36,634 nucleotides of DNA from a virus (IMGVR_UViG_3300011339_000950:1-36634); one strand, 5' to 3'. Shown: positions 9,899 through 19,830, counted from the stretch's first letter. The notes: a model not told the origin generated them from the letters alone. Made by a program: numbers and translations.

Positions 9899-10660
9899 TT
9901 ACGGAATTAATGCCCACTGACCGATACCACCTGTGTCGTTTGCTTTTCTTTGAGCAAGATCACCTTGGTTATCAGTCACAGTATTGGCAACTATATCGCC
10001 CGTCACATTCAGATTACCAGTCACGGTAGCGTTCCCATCTACAGTTGTTTCAGGAGCAGTAATTTTAGCAGTACCAGAAGCATTAACTTCCGAAGTTGCA
10101 CAATTTATTTGAGCCTTTTCAGTAGCAGTAATCACTGCGTTTTTACACGCTATCGTAGCTGTTCTTGCTACATTTATAGTTATGTTACCTTTTCCGCTTG
10201 TCTCAACAATATCAACAACAGCGTCACCATTAAATACCAAACTCAAAGTATTTTGAGTCATATTAACAGCAACCTTATTTCCTTTCTTATCTTTAAGGAT
10301 ATAAGTATTAGGATAATCAACTTCTTGACCTGTTATTTTATTTGAAGCATCAGATAATCTTCCTACATACATAGGAGAATAAATATCTCCCCTTAAAAAT
10401 TTAACTAATAGTTTTGAACCAACTTCTGGAACTGAGAATCCTGAAATATTGGATCCTCCTCCAAAAGATGGAGATGAACACTTAATAGCCCATGGTAAAG
10501 CAGAATCAGGAATTTCATCTCCTGTTCCAAATAACTCTTCTATTCTTATTTTAAGTCTACCAATTTGTAAAGGATCAGAATTATCAACCACAGTTCCATG
10601 ATAATGGGTCTCTTCTTTTAATTCTATTTTATCAAAACTTAAAGGATTAATTACACTCAT
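9899..10660 (-). CDS. gp5: Baseplate central spike (gp5/gpV-like OB fold plus beta-helix, no lysozyme domain)
   Basis: GTVVDNSDPL.IGRLKIRI, LPWA, VPEVGS...V.F..GD...P.Y.G, then beta-helix repeats (VDGNATVTGNLNVTGDI). Confidence 0.88.
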   Translation of the reverse strand: MSVINPLSFDKIELKEETHYHGTVVDNSDPLQIGRLKIRIEELFGTGDEIPDSALPWAIKCSSPSFGGGSNISGFSVPEVGSKLLVKFLRGDIYSPMYVGRLSDASNKITGQEVDYPNTYILKDKKGNKVAVNMTQNTLSLVFNGDAVVDIVETSGKGNITINVARTATIACKNAVITATEKAQINCATSEVNASGTAKITAPETTVDGNATVTGNLNVTGDIVANTVTDNQGDLAQRKANDTGGIGQWALIP

Positions 10661-10661
10661 A

Positions 10662-11813
10662 TTATACCATGTCCCCCAAGTCTTCAGAAGGATTAAATCC
10701 GTCCTTAATTAAATTAAATGATCTACTAATAGTAGTCGGCAATATTGTTGTAGAAATTCTGCTAACCAAATAACTTCCCGTGTAGGTTTGCTGTTGAGTC
10801 GTTCCTTTAGATTCTGTTTTGTAAGCCACAATATTAACTGGATCTAGCAACTGAACATCTCTAGGGGAAGACGTTATTGCTTTATAAGCTACAGAATTTA
10901 ATGCTCTAAATCTAGCATTCTGAGCTAGTGCTTTATGGTAATTCTTATGACAATTTCCTGCATCAAATGGTAAAGAAACTAATCTTTGTGGCTTATTAAA
11001 TTTAGAATTTAATTGCAAGAATTTATCAGTCTTCAATGTTTTATTAATAGAAATATCAACATCAGATCCAGTTACAACACTATATCCCTTGTATTTTCTA
11101 CCATAACCATAAATACTGTTCAAAGTTCCAGCTGAAGATCTTACAGAAGTATCTTCAATAGTCACAGATTTAACATCATTATCTTGATTAATTTGTTTAA
11201 AAGTCCACTTAGGAACTTTTTGCTTCTTCCTTTCAGTAAGATTAGCTAAGACAAGTTGAGAATTTCTTCTTATACAAGAAACAAAGCATGAGAAATTACT
11301 AGCCCATGCATGATCAGCAATATTTCGTAACCAATAAGATCCCTTTATTCCCCCTTTAACCCAAGTTTGAGTATCAAAAGTATTATCAAGATCAAAATCA
11401 AGGCCATTAGCTATTGCAACTTTTTTGAATACTTCTTTAGAAGTTCCAGTTATAGAATCAAATCCAGATTGAAATAAAAGTGGTAAATTCATTAGCCCAG
11501 TGATTAAGTATGTATAGCCTTCTACTGAGGGTGCCACTTCATAATTAAATACCCTGAATTTCATGAGACTTTCAGTAGTTTCTAATCCACCAAGATCTGT
11601 AAGTGTTAACGAGATTTCAATTTCAGAACCATCTTTAATAGCCTTATCATCAACCAAGCTTCCATTATTAGTAAATGCCATTTCTAACATTGGAAGGAAT
11701 TGTTGAACAGATTCTGTTATGATTATTCGATGTAGCATATTATCAGAATCAGAAAAATCCTGATCATCTATTCTTATTTTTAACGAGTAATCTTTACCTA
11801 AACCTATTGACAT
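10662..11813 (-). CDS. Baseplate hub protein (gp27/gpD-like)
   Basis: Between gp53-like and spike genes; I.ESV...LP, C-terminal YTGSYLVSRI; size 383 aa. Confidence 0.7.
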   Translation of the reverse strand: MSIGLGKDYSLKIRIDDQDFSDSDNMLHRIIITESVQQFLPMLEMAFTNNGSLVDDKAIKDGSEIEISLTLTDLGGLETTESLMKFRVFNYEVAPSVEGYTYLITGLMNLPLLFQSGFDSITGTSKEVFKKVAIANGLDFDLDNTFDTQTWVKGGIKGSYWLRNIADHAWASNFSCFVSCIRRNSQLVLANLTERKKQKVPKWTFKQINQDNDVKSVTIEDTSVRSSAGTLNSIYGYGRKYKGYSVVTGSDVDISINKTLKTDKFLQLNSKFNKPQRLVSLPFDAGNCHKNYHKALAQNARFRALNSVAYKAITSSPRDVQLLDPVNIVAYKTESKGTTQQQTYTGSYLVSRISTTILPTTISRSFNLIKDGFNPSEDLGDMV

Positions 11814-12187
11814 TATATGTTAACTATTTGACCGTTACTATTGTTTTTAGATCTTTGGATTTGGAAATATTCTTCTATATCATTTAATAGTGGAATACCT
11901 AATATTTTACCAGGAGGTAATTCTGTTAATGGATCAGAAATCTTATTTATGAAACAAATAATCCACCAGTAGTTTTCACTATTGTAATTAATAAAAGAAA
12001 TAAGATCAGGCATAGCTTCTTGGTCTTCTGTTACTCTATGAATTAAAGCTTCTTTATCTTTAATAAAATTATAGAATTCAGAGAAGCTAAAATTTATTGG
12101 ATCAATGATCGTACGACCATTAGGGTCTACTACTGATCCATAAAAGTTTCCTCTTGAAAATCTATTTAAAAATTTTGATGATGCCAT
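11813..12187 (-). CDS. gp53: Baseplate wedge protein (gp53-like, LysM-type fold)
   Basis: PDLISF..Y....YWWII...N.I.DP...L..G..L.IP signature. Confidence 0.85.
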   Translation of the reverse strand: MASSKFLNRFSRGNFYGSVVDPNGRTIIDPINFSFSEFYNFIKDKEALIHRVTEDQEAMPDLISFINYNSENYWWIICFINKISDPLTELPPGKILGIPLLNDIEEYFQIQRSKNNSNGQIVNI

Positions 12188-12189
12188 AC

Positions 12190-13026
12190 TTATGCTACAG
12201 AAGTAGAAGGATTAAATTTGTTCATAGCGTAAGACAACAGAGATTTACCGCTATTCTTACCATTATCTATAGACGACAACTGAACTTTAGGTATCTGCTT
12301 AAACATATTATCTACCTGTTCAGTTACTAATGAATACAAGGTTCTAAAGGTAACATCGACTTTCGCTGACATTGGATAACCATCTGAACTCATTGCTCCG
12401 CTAAACTCTGGAGATACATTTGTTATTATTACCCTTTCAAATGTTAAAAATTTGCCAACTTCAATTGTTATAGTATCACCAGCTCCACCTTCACTAACTA
12501 CAGCTCCTGTGCCTTTGTCATTAGTCTTTTGGAATAATCTTGGACCAGGAGGTGTTAATAATAATGAACCCTTACCACCACTTGGTAGAGCCATTTTTGA
12601 TAACATTTTAACTGGCTTAATAACATCATCATAACCATTACTGCCCGCTGCTGTTTTCTTATTAAACTGTGGATTATATCCTGCCTTAAATTCTAATGAT
12701 AATGTCAATTCAATAGGGGCATTACCAGACCAAACTTGTGCGGTCATTACCTGAGTAGTTGGGGCTTTATTTAAGAATTCTTGAATACCAACTTTTATAA
12801 TACTACCACTGGCATCATTATCTCCTATTAGAGACTTCCACTCAGAATTTATTGTAAGAGAAATATTCTCTGGAATTCTAGCCTCCACTCGACCATGACT
12901 ACTAGAGCTTACACTTATTAAGTAATTTTCACTCAGTGTTGTCTCTAAAGATGGATCTTCAGAAACTGAACCGAGGTTACCTGATCCAGGAATGAAACTC
13001 TTTAAACTACTTATCTCAAATCCCAT
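12190..13026 (-). CDS. Baseplate-tube junction/tube initiator protein (gp48-like)
   Basis: After the tape measure, before gp53-like; tube-fold motifs WSG..P..LTLSL.F, ALP, PP, VI.NV...F......GYP..A.V.V.F.T. Confidence 0.65.
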   Translation of the reverse strand: MGFEISSLKSFIPGSGNLGSVSEDPSLETTLSENYLISVSSSSHGRVEARIPENISLTINSEWKSLIGDNDASGSIIKVGIQEFLNKAPTTQVMTAQVWSGNAPIELTLSLEFKAGYNPQFNKKTAAGSNGYDDVIKPVKMLSKMALPSGGKGSLLLTPPGPRLFQKTNDKGTGAVVSEGGAGDTITIEVGKFLTFERVIITNVSPEFSGAMSSDGYPMSAKVDVTFRTLYSLVTEQVDNMFKQIPKVQLSSIDNGKNSGKSLLSYAMNKFNPSTSVA

Positions 13027-13027
13027 A

Positions 13028-15052
13028 CTAATATCCTCCTGAAGTTACAGCAAATAAGCCAACATCATCCACATTCCAAACGGTATCACCTAAGCCCTTC
13101 TTAGTAGAAGTTGGTCTCATAGCTGAATTACCACCAGATTTACCTTTACTAGGCTTACCCATATTACCCCAAACGCTATCCACTACTTTATTGTATCTTT
13201 CCATGTTATTTTTATCAGCCAATTCCATTTGAAGTTGAGTTGCAGTTACTACACTTTTCTTGCTAGGAACTAGCGGTACACTACTAGTCTGCTCTGAAGG
13301 TATGATTACAGTTTTATCTCCAGGTTTAGGTATAGGGGTCATGTTAGGAGTTGCAGATACTGGTGCAACATCCTGTGGTAATTCTTCTGCTCTTCCGACT
13401 AATTTAAGTGGACCACGAGGCTGTTCTGTGGTGTCCGCATTGTCATCTCCAGTTAAATTTTGTTTAGTTCCAAATATTAACTGATAGAAATAACTGTTCT
13501 TAATGCCAGTTTTAAGGTTGTCAAACTTTTCAGTTACAAAGTTAAAGAATGACATTACTTTTTCAAATCCCATAGTAAGAACTTCCTTAACTTGTTTTAG
13601 AGGATCTTCAAAGAAATCTTTAAATCCCTCAACAGTGTCAGTTAAGTAGCCTTTTACTTTTCCATAGGCTAAGACAAATTTATCTTTAACATAAGATCCA
13701 ACTTTTTCAAAAGCCTCAGTTATCTCAGGAAGGTAATCCATGATAGCAGTAGTTATCAAACCACCCAAAGCACCGATAGCAGCACCAATCGGACCACCAA
13801 TGATAGCACCTAATTGGGCACCACCAAGAGCACCTTGAGCATAATCAGCAGCTCTTGAATTTAATAGTCCGCCATTCTCTTTGTCGCCAAATAGACCTTG
13901 ACCCTTCTTATCACTAATATCTGTACTTCCATAAAGAAAGGCAGCTGAAGATGCTAATCCTAGTCCTTTACCAAGAACTCTACCATACTTTCCAGCCTTA
14001 CCAGCACCAGTGTTGGCTCCGAAGAATCCACCACCAGCTCCTTTTAAGAAATTACCAATACCACCAAGAAGACCACCAGTACCTAGGATATTAGTGCTGC
14101 TTCCTGCATTTATGTCTTTTGTAGCATCTTCTATTCTCTTTAATTGCTTAAGAGTTTTCTTATACTTTTCATTTTCTTCATCTTCATTAGTAACAGCTTG
14201 GGTGCTTAAATCACTTCTTAGACCTTCAATTTCTGAATGGATTACATCTAAAGACTCGACCATATTAACAGAATTATCTGCTGAGATCTGTGTGCTGTCT
14301 TCTATTTTAGATTCTACGGTTTGTCCGCCTAAGACATCTTCTTTACTTTCTTCCTTCTTGTCTTTCTTAAATAAGTTACCAATGAAATCTTTAGAGTTAT
14401 CAAATAACGAACCAAAATCAACTACACCTTCTAATGATTTAGCAATTAAACCGAGTTGAGGAGATATAGCACTAAGAGCAGTTGAGGATAAATCTCCAAT
14501 AATAGTCTTACCAGAAATTGCACTAGCGTTATTAACTAGATAATCTTTAGCAGAAGTTCCAATTTTATTAGATATCTTTGCAAGACCATCGAAGATGCTA
14601 GAGTTTAATAGTGTATTTTGATTATTCTTAGTTCTAAAATTAGTTAATACAGACTCTAAGGTCTCATTACCTAATTTAAGATCTAAGTTTTGATTTATAA
14701 CTAAAGAAATCTTATCAAGCATGTCTAACATCTTCTGAGTATCATCAGAAGAAACTGTTTTACCTTTCTTTAAGAAATCATCTGAAATCTTTTCTACATT
14801 CTTAATATCGGTTAGTAAGTTTTTAAGAACGTCCCCACCTTTATCAGTCAGTGGCTCTAGGGCTTCCTTTGTAGATTTAATACTCTTGTTAGAGACTTGA
14901 ACTACTCTAAGTATTTCAAGCATAATCTTATTATTTACTTCCTGTTTATCTTTCTCATTGGAAGCCGTAGATGATGTGGGATTAACGACGCTTTTTATGA
15001 CATCAGTATTCCCAAATGTATCCGTTACTTTTTGAAAAACATTACTAACCAT
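13028..15052 (-). CDS. Tape measure protein (674 aa)
   Basis: Helical low-complexity protein with Gly/Ala-rich hydrophobic stretch (GGAQLGAIIGGPIGAAIGALGG) and spaced aromatic repeats; canonical position between chaperone and baseplate genes. Confidence 0.75.
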   Translation of the reverse strand: MVSNVFQKVTDTFGNTDVIKSVVNPTSSTASNEKDKQEVNNKIMLEILRVVQVSNKSIKSTKEALEPLTDKGGDVLKNLLTDIKNVEKISDDFLKKGKTVSSDDTQKMLDMLDKISLVINQNLDLKLGNETLESVLTNFRTKNNQNTLLNSSIFDGLAKISNKIGTSAKDYLVNNASAISGKTIIGDLSSTALSAISPQLGLIAKSLEGVVDFGSLFDNSKDFIGNLFKKDKKEESKEDVLGGQTVESKIEDSTQISADNSVNMVESLDVIHSEIEGLRSDLSTQAVTNEDEENEKYKKTLKQLKRIEDATKDINAGSSTNILGTGGLLGGIGNFLKGAGGGFFGANTGAGKAGKYGRVLGKGLGLASSAAFLYGSTDISDKKGQGLFGDKENGGLLNSRAADYAQGALGGAQLGAIIGGPIGAAIGALGGLITTAIMDYLPEITEAFEKVGSYVKDKFVLAYGKVKGYLTDTVEGFKDFFEDPLKQVKEVLTMGFEKVMSFFNFVTEKFDNLKTGIKNSYFYQLIFGTKQNLTGDDNADTTEQPRGPLKLVGRAEELPQDVAPVSATPNMTPIPKPGDKTVIIPSEQTSSVPLVPSKKSVVTATQLQMELADKNNMERYNKVVDSVWGNMGKPSKGKSGGNSAMRPTSTKKGLGDTVWNVDDVGLFAVTSGGY

Positions 15053-15059
15053 TTTTAAT

Positions 15060-15968
15060 TTATGTTACGATTTCACCGAACTTCGCAACTCTTACTTGCT
15101 GCGCTTCTGGCTCTTTTGTCTTTCTAGTTCTTGCAGGTCTTTCAGGTGTCGGTTCCGTAGCCACACTGCTTTCGAGAAGTCCATCCCCTCCGCATTTAGC
15201 TGAAGATGTCTGATTAAGAAGTATTCTACCTCGTAGATCTCCTCCACTGGGAAAGGGCGGAAAGAACTTAGCTAAATTGAATTTATAACTAACATCGATC
15301 TTAGCATTACAGCTAAAACATTCTTTCTTAACATAAGGCTTAACACCGTAGTCAAGCATAGACTCTAATTCTTTAAGAATAACATAGTCATCAGCAGTAA
15401 ATGATTCAACTAGTTTTAATCTTTCTTCAACAGAACCACCTGTAGGTTCTAATGTTAATGCTAAACCAATTTTAGATCTAAAGTTAGTATCATCTGGATC
15501 TATACCCTTAGCTACCATGTATTTTCTTGATTCCTTAGAATCACCAATGGTAGACAATCTAATTTTAACTGGTTCTTCTCTTGAGAATAATCTAACTTCT
15601 GCATAGTCTTCAAAATCTTCAGTGATCTCGTTAATAACTAAATCTGGACCGCTGATTTGGGAGTGATTTGATTCTGAACATTTAGGACAGTTCCACTTAA
15701 TTTCAATAGGGAAGTGCGGGTAAGAGTTAACACGTTGCCAGTGTAACAAATATTCTAAATCTTGATTTGTTAATTCATCTACAGTAATTCCTTGTAACTT
15801 TCTATCTATAATATCGTATAATTTATTTTCATCGGTAGTCTCTCTGATAAGAGCTATTTCTTGGACATCTGACAAAGTTAGAGTTCCTACTCTAATATCT
15901 CTTTTATATAATCGGCTTCCTGGAAGTTGTACTAAGGATGTGTTTTCGTAGCTAATGTTTTTTGTCAT
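15060..15968 (-). CDS. Tail/baseplate hub assembly chaperone (T4 gp26-like) with two CxxC motifs
   Basis: LPGS, L...D..YLL...RVNSY, CPKC, ECFSC, FFP; immediately upstream of the tape measure. Confidence 0.75.
   Translation of the reverse strand: MTKNISYENTSLVQLPGSRLYKRDIRVGTLTLSDVQEIALIRETTDENKLYDIIDRKLQGITVDELTNQDLEYLLHWQRVNSYPHFPIEIKWNCPKCSESNHSQISGPDLVINEITEDFEDYAEVRLFSREEPVKIRLSTIGDSKESRKYMVAKGIDPDDTNFRSKIGLALTLEPTGGSVEERLKLVESFTADDYVILKELESMLDYGVKPYVKKECFSCNAKIDVSYKFNLAKFFPPFPSGGDLRGRILLNQTSSAKCGGDGLLESSVATEPTPERPARTRKTKEPEAQQVRVAKFGEIVT
15092..15271 (-). CDS. Hidden +1-frame ORF nested in the chaperone gene (gp51/gpGT-like C-terminal extension)
   Basis: Own translation. The frame opens after TAG at 15274-15272 and reads LSSFRPFPVEEIYEVEYFLIRHLQLNAEGMDFSKAVWLRNRHLKDLQELEKQKSQKRSK* (TAA 15094-15092). 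A GTG at 15247 is the alternative independent start. Confidence 0.7.
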   Translation of the reverse strand, partial: LSSFRPFPVEEIYEVEYFLIRHLQLNAEGMDFSKAVWLRNRHLKDLQELERQKSQKRSK

Positions 15969-16095
15969 ATTTTAAATTATTGAAAAGATTATTATAAATA
16001 TTATTCTTTAGGATCAACCTAAACAGTGAGAAAAGTGGGAAATATTTAAAAGCTCACTCTGTTACAAAATACCAGTCAATATACGAAATAAATTC

Positions 16096-16689
16096 TTATA
16101 TAAAACTTGTAATATTACCACCTGTAATAGTGCTGAGAATGCCTGTCAATCCAGAAGATTTTTGTTTCATCACTACTCTATCAACACTGAATGTGACATT
16201 TAATTTTACATAATCAGAAACATCATAATCTAGACTTAACGGATCTATTGATATAGGCCACACACCTAAACACTTTAAACTAAATACTTCAGTATCTAAT
16301 TTATCTTGTAATTTCAATTCTATAGTTTTCTTGTAAGAAGAAGGGTAATTATGGGTACCATCAGAATTCTTTATTAATGCGTTCCACATATTAAAATATG
16401 AAAGAGAGTTTCCCTTAGAATCTTGAAATATAACTAAAGATAGCGGTGATACGCTCTCCGTACCAGGGAAATATTGTAAAGAACTTCCAACATGAACACT
16501 ATTTGAATCAAATGATGGAAAAGGAAAAGAAGAAATAGCTTGAGTTATAGGCTCAATTCCTCCTATTTTTGGCATAAAGACTTTCCACTTATAAGACATT
16601 TGTGGCTCAGCACCCTTAGACTGAAGGATACTCAACCCTAGAGCTGATGCAGTACCAGTGAAACTTGTTAACTTATCTTTTAGAGCCAT
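16096..16689 (-). CDS. Second tail-tube-fold protein (gp54-like tube initiator)
   Basis: Paralogous to the tube protein: FPG, W..LI, G....P..YK, L.D, GVWP......LD, VTFS.D. Confidence 0.75.
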   Translation of the reverse strand: MALKDKLTSFTGTASALGLSILQSKGAEPQMSYKWKVFMPKIGGIEPITQAISSFPFPSFDSNSVHVGSSLQYFPGTESVSPLSLVIFQDSKGNSLSYFNMWNALIKNSDGTHNYPSSYKKTIELKLQDKLDTEVFSLKCLGVWPISIDPLSLDYDVSDYVKLNVTFSVDRVVMKQKSSGLTGILSTITGGNITSFI

Positions 16690-16703
16690 TGGATTAAATA
16701 TTC

Positions 16704-17159
16704 TTAATTTTTAATAACCCAGATGCTAATAGTTAATTTATCTGTAAATATTTTATACATTGATAAGCTGCTAATTGCACTGTTAAGGAATTCAGCTTCT
16801 GATTTTTGACCTATTTTAGAAAGATTACTCTTAACAAAATTAATTACCCGTTTGTAGTCGGAATCTGAAGGTAAGGTATCTGGCTTACTTCTTCTGTCTC
16901 CTTGTTCTCTTTCTAAATCTCCTTCCTTTTTATTCTTAATTGAAAGAGTGAACATATTCTTATTATCACCATCCAGCTTAAAACTAATAGATCCTAGCTG
17001 TCCACTAGTAAGGCTGTTAGGGACTTCATTATAACTAGAGATTTTCTTGATAGCAAGAAGTAATGGTTCAACATTTATTGCTTCTACAAGAAAATCTCCG
17101 TTAATCCCAACCACTTTAGCTAAAATACTTTCAGCTAATTTTTTATAATTCTTTTTCAT
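16704..17159 (-). CDS. Hypothetical protein, possibly a head-internal protein
   Basis: ORF packed between the two tube genes; N-terminus YKKLAESI...LVEA resembles two other small ORFs here. Confidence 0.55.
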   Translation of the reverse strand: MKKNYKKLAESILAKVVGINGDFLVEAINVEPLLLAIKKISSYNEVPNSLTSGQLGSISFKLDGDNKNMFTLSIKNKKEGDLEREQGDRRSKPDTLPSDSDYKRVINFVKSNLSKIGQKSEAEFLNSAISSLSMYKIFTDKLTISIWVIKN

Positions 17160-17167
17160 TATTTTAA

Positions 17168-17683
17168 TTATAATCCTGAGTCAGTAAAGTTATCATAACT
17201 AAAAGTTACATCAATTTTCATAGCTTCAGAAGAAGACATATCAAGTTGAATATCAGGCATTTCAGTTGGCCAGACTCCTAGGAGTCTACGCTTAAATACA
17301 ACAGTACCTGAGTTGTCAAACAAACTAATAATACCAGTTGATTTAATTAAAGAAGTAGGAGATTGCAAACCTGTTTCAGAATTATTACAAAGATCCATCC
17401 AACCAGTTAGTACTCTTAGTACCTGAGCTTTATTACCTTCAATTAAAGACACAGTCCAATTTCCGTTAAATTTACGTTGACCTGGGTAATTAATTTCATG
17501 AGCACCTAAATTAACTTTAGTCTGTTCAATACTAGATCCTGGAAGGCTAGCAGCTGTACATCTTAATGATAATTCTTTAGCACTCAATCCTACCAAATTA
17601 GGTAGTGGTGAGATCTCGAATTTAAATTGATAAGCCTTTATCGGATCAGATAACGCTTTTACTTGGCTAATTGCTACACCCAT
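17168..17683 (-). CDS. gp19: Tail tube protein (gp19-like)
   Basis: C.AASLPGSSI, YPG.RKF..W, GVWPT...IQLD, VTFSYD; directly after the sheath. Confidence 0.92.
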   Translation of the reverse strand: MGVAISQVKALSDPIKAYQFKFEISPLPNLVGLSAKELSLRCTAASLPGSSIEQTKVNLGAHEINYPGQRKFNGNWTVSLIEGNKAQVLRVLTGWMDLCNNSETGLQSPTSLIKSTGIISLFDNSGTVVFKRRLLGVWPTEMPDIQLDMSSSEAMKIDVTFSYDNFTDSGL

Positions 17684-17730
17684 ATTTTGTTTTATTTTAA
17701 ATTAAAAGTTAAATACCATTGTTAAGAAAA

Positions 17731-19605
17731 TTAAAAATTTCCACCTTGTGCGATTAGATCAGAGAAGTTAACCCCAGTTCTAGTAACTACTGTTTGTAGT
17801 TGGATAAACTCTGCAGCTCTAGTCGGCTGGATATAAATATCCACGTTCATTTGATTTTGATCAATTACTGTTGAAGTATTATTGCTATCATCACAAACTA
17901 CTTGGTAAGCACTAACACCACTTTGAGCTTGAATTTGATCCATAAAGTTTGAGATAGCCTCACTAACTTGTGATCTTGTGAATTCATCATTCAATTCGAA
18001 AACAACATAGTCAAGAGCCTTCTTAACATTAACTTCAATTGTGATTAACAACCGTCTAACATTTAGCCTATCAAGAGCCGATAATTTAGTTTGTTGAGTT
18101 TTCTGTCCCCAAATAGCTATACCATTTCCTGGCTTAGATAGCAAGAAGTTTATATTTGCAGGATACAATAACTCTTGGTCACCAGCATCATAAGAATTTG
18201 ATAACTTAGTTACATTCAAAATCCCACTATCTATAATAGCTCTATTTAAACCAGCTGCTGGTGTCCATGGGAAAGCAACTCTATCAGTCTTAGCGATAGC
18301 TTGTCCAACAAATCCAGATGGTGGAATAGTTATTTTCTTGTTATTAAAAGAGTTATTAACTTCAACCCATGGTGCATATAAGCCACAAAAACTAGAATTA
18401 AAGTTTTGAGTCGACTTTCTCCATGTAACAAGACTTGATGCGGCTAAACTAGCAAAAGGAGCGTCTAATATCGCTACACAATCACGTCTACTTTCAGCAA
18501 TAGACTTCATCTTAGTTTGAACAGCAAAAGTTGAAGCAGTAACATATCCAGCATTCATTAAGATACCAACTGTAACTTCATCCGGATTAGCGTAAAGATC
18601 CCAACCAATAGAAACTATAGACTCAGTAACTGCAGCGCCATTAGCGCCAGAAGCAAGATAAGTAGTAGTCTCAATTTCTTGAGGAAGAACAGTATCAGCA
18701 AGAGCAGTATTATCTTTTACTGCAATGAAGATTGATTTGTCATTGATTTTATCTTCAACATAATATGAACTACCATAACCGTCAATACCTTGTTTACGAG
18801 AACATCCTGGGAAACTTTCTCTCAAAATTTCAATGCCGTCAATAACTTCATAAACCTTAATATCAAAGAAATCACCGACAAGGTTATCTAAAGTAAACTT
18901 AATTGTGTTTCCCCATACACCAGGATTTTCTGCTCTAAATAACAAGATACCATCAGTATCAGCAGAGAATAAATCACCAGATAAAGCAGTAACAGTTAAT
19001 CCACCAGAAACAGCTTTGGTTAAAGCTAATTTATATTGGTAGCTTACTGTAACATGTTTATTATTACCAGGAGTAACTGAAGTTGTTACACTGATAGCAC
19101 CAGTGGCGTAGTTAATTGTACCAGAAGCAATACCAGTACCAGAAATAACTCCATCTGAATCAGTTCCAATTGTTGAATCTTGACCTTCAACTAAAACAAC
19201 TACACTCCCTGGAACAATGCCAGAACCTAAGTTAGCTAGGGTTTTTGCAAAAGTAACATCGTCATTATCAGAAGTACCAAGAGCTTCAGCAGAAACACTT
19301 AATGGAGTTGCCTTTTGAACTTTAATGGCAGAGTGCTTAGCATCAGTGTTAACAACCCTTGTAACATACAAGGAGTTGCTTTGTTCTAAGAAAGCCACGG
19401 CTGTGTGTTGCATATAACCGAAGTTCGTATCTGGCTCTCCAAAGAGCGTTACGAAATCTTTAGTATTAGAGATGAAAGTTCTTTTATTAACTGGACCGCG
19501 AGGAGATGAGCCAACTACAGCACCAACAGCATTACCAGCAGCACTAATGATTTGAGACAAATCTGTTTCCTTAGCAAATACACCAGGACGTAGATATTTT
19601 GACAT
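17731..19605 (-). CDS. gp18: Tail sheath protein (gp18-like) with inserted beta-module
   Basis: PGVF.KETDLS, GP, FGEP, PG.WGN, R.DC.AILDAP, YAPW, PPSG, PAAG.NR, IWGQKT, LDRLNVRRL, FELND..TR, V.CD.SNNT, IQP.RAAEFI.L. Confidence 0.97.
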   Translation of the reverse strand: MSKYLRPGVFAKETDLSQIISAAGNAVGAVVGSSPRGPVNKRTFISNTKDFVTLFGEPDTNFGYMQHTAVAFLEQSNSLYVTRVVNTDAKHSAIKVQKATPLSVSAEALGTSDNDDVTFAKTLANLGSGIVPGSVVVLVEGQDSTIGTDSDGVISGTGIASGTINYATGAISVTTSVTPGNNKHVTVSYQYKLALTKAVSGGLTVTALSGDLFSADTDGILLFRAENPGVWGNTIKFTLDNLVGDFFDIKVYEVIDGIEILRESFPGCSRKQGIDGYGSSYYVEDKINDKSIFIAVKDNTALADTVLPQEIETTTYLASGANGAAVTESIVSIGWDLYANPDEVTVGILMNAGYVTASTFAVQTKMKSIAESRRDCVAILDAPFASLAASSLVTWRKSTQNFNSSFCGLYAPWVEVNNSFNNKKITIPPSGFVGQAIAKTDRVAFPWTPAAGLNRAIIDSGILNVTKLSNSYDAGDQELLYPANINFLLSKPGNGIAIWGQKTQQTKLSALDRLNVRRLLITIEVNVKKALDYVVFELNDEFTRSQVSEAISNFMDQIQAQSGVSAYQVVCDDSNNTSTVIDQNQMNVDIYIQPTRAAEFIQLQTVVTRTGVNFSDLIAQGGNF

Positions 19606-19636
19606 AATTATATATTATTAAATTTAAAATTAATAT

Positions 19637-19825
19637 TTATTCAGTTTTAAGTATTTCTTTATCACAAGCTACAGATCCTTCTGATATAACTTCAACTAGG
19701 TCATCGCCTAAATTTGAAATTGTACTAGGAATCTCTACTACTGCTCTAGGTGGGATGAAGTATACTTCACCATCATCAGCTTTGATATCTTTTTGAATGT
19801 CAAATCTATTATAAATTTTTATCAT
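19637..19825 (-). CDS. Small hypothetical protein upstream of the sheath
   Basis: 62-aa ORF tightly packed in the operon with an AT-rich initiation region. Confidence 0.6.
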   Translation of the reverse strand: MIKIYNRFDIQKDIKADDGEVYFIPPRAVVEIPSTISNLGDDLVEVISEGSVACDKEILKTE

Positions 19826-19830
19826 AAACC

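Noticed and set aside
15993-16000. TATAAATA (T4 late promoter consensus)
   Set aside because: It is on the plus strand, opposite to all genes, and is expected by chance in AT-rich DNA.
7346-19605. Bacterial contractile injection system or tailocin
   Set aside because: Portal, protease and capsid genes are present in the same gene cluster, so this is a complete phage virion module.
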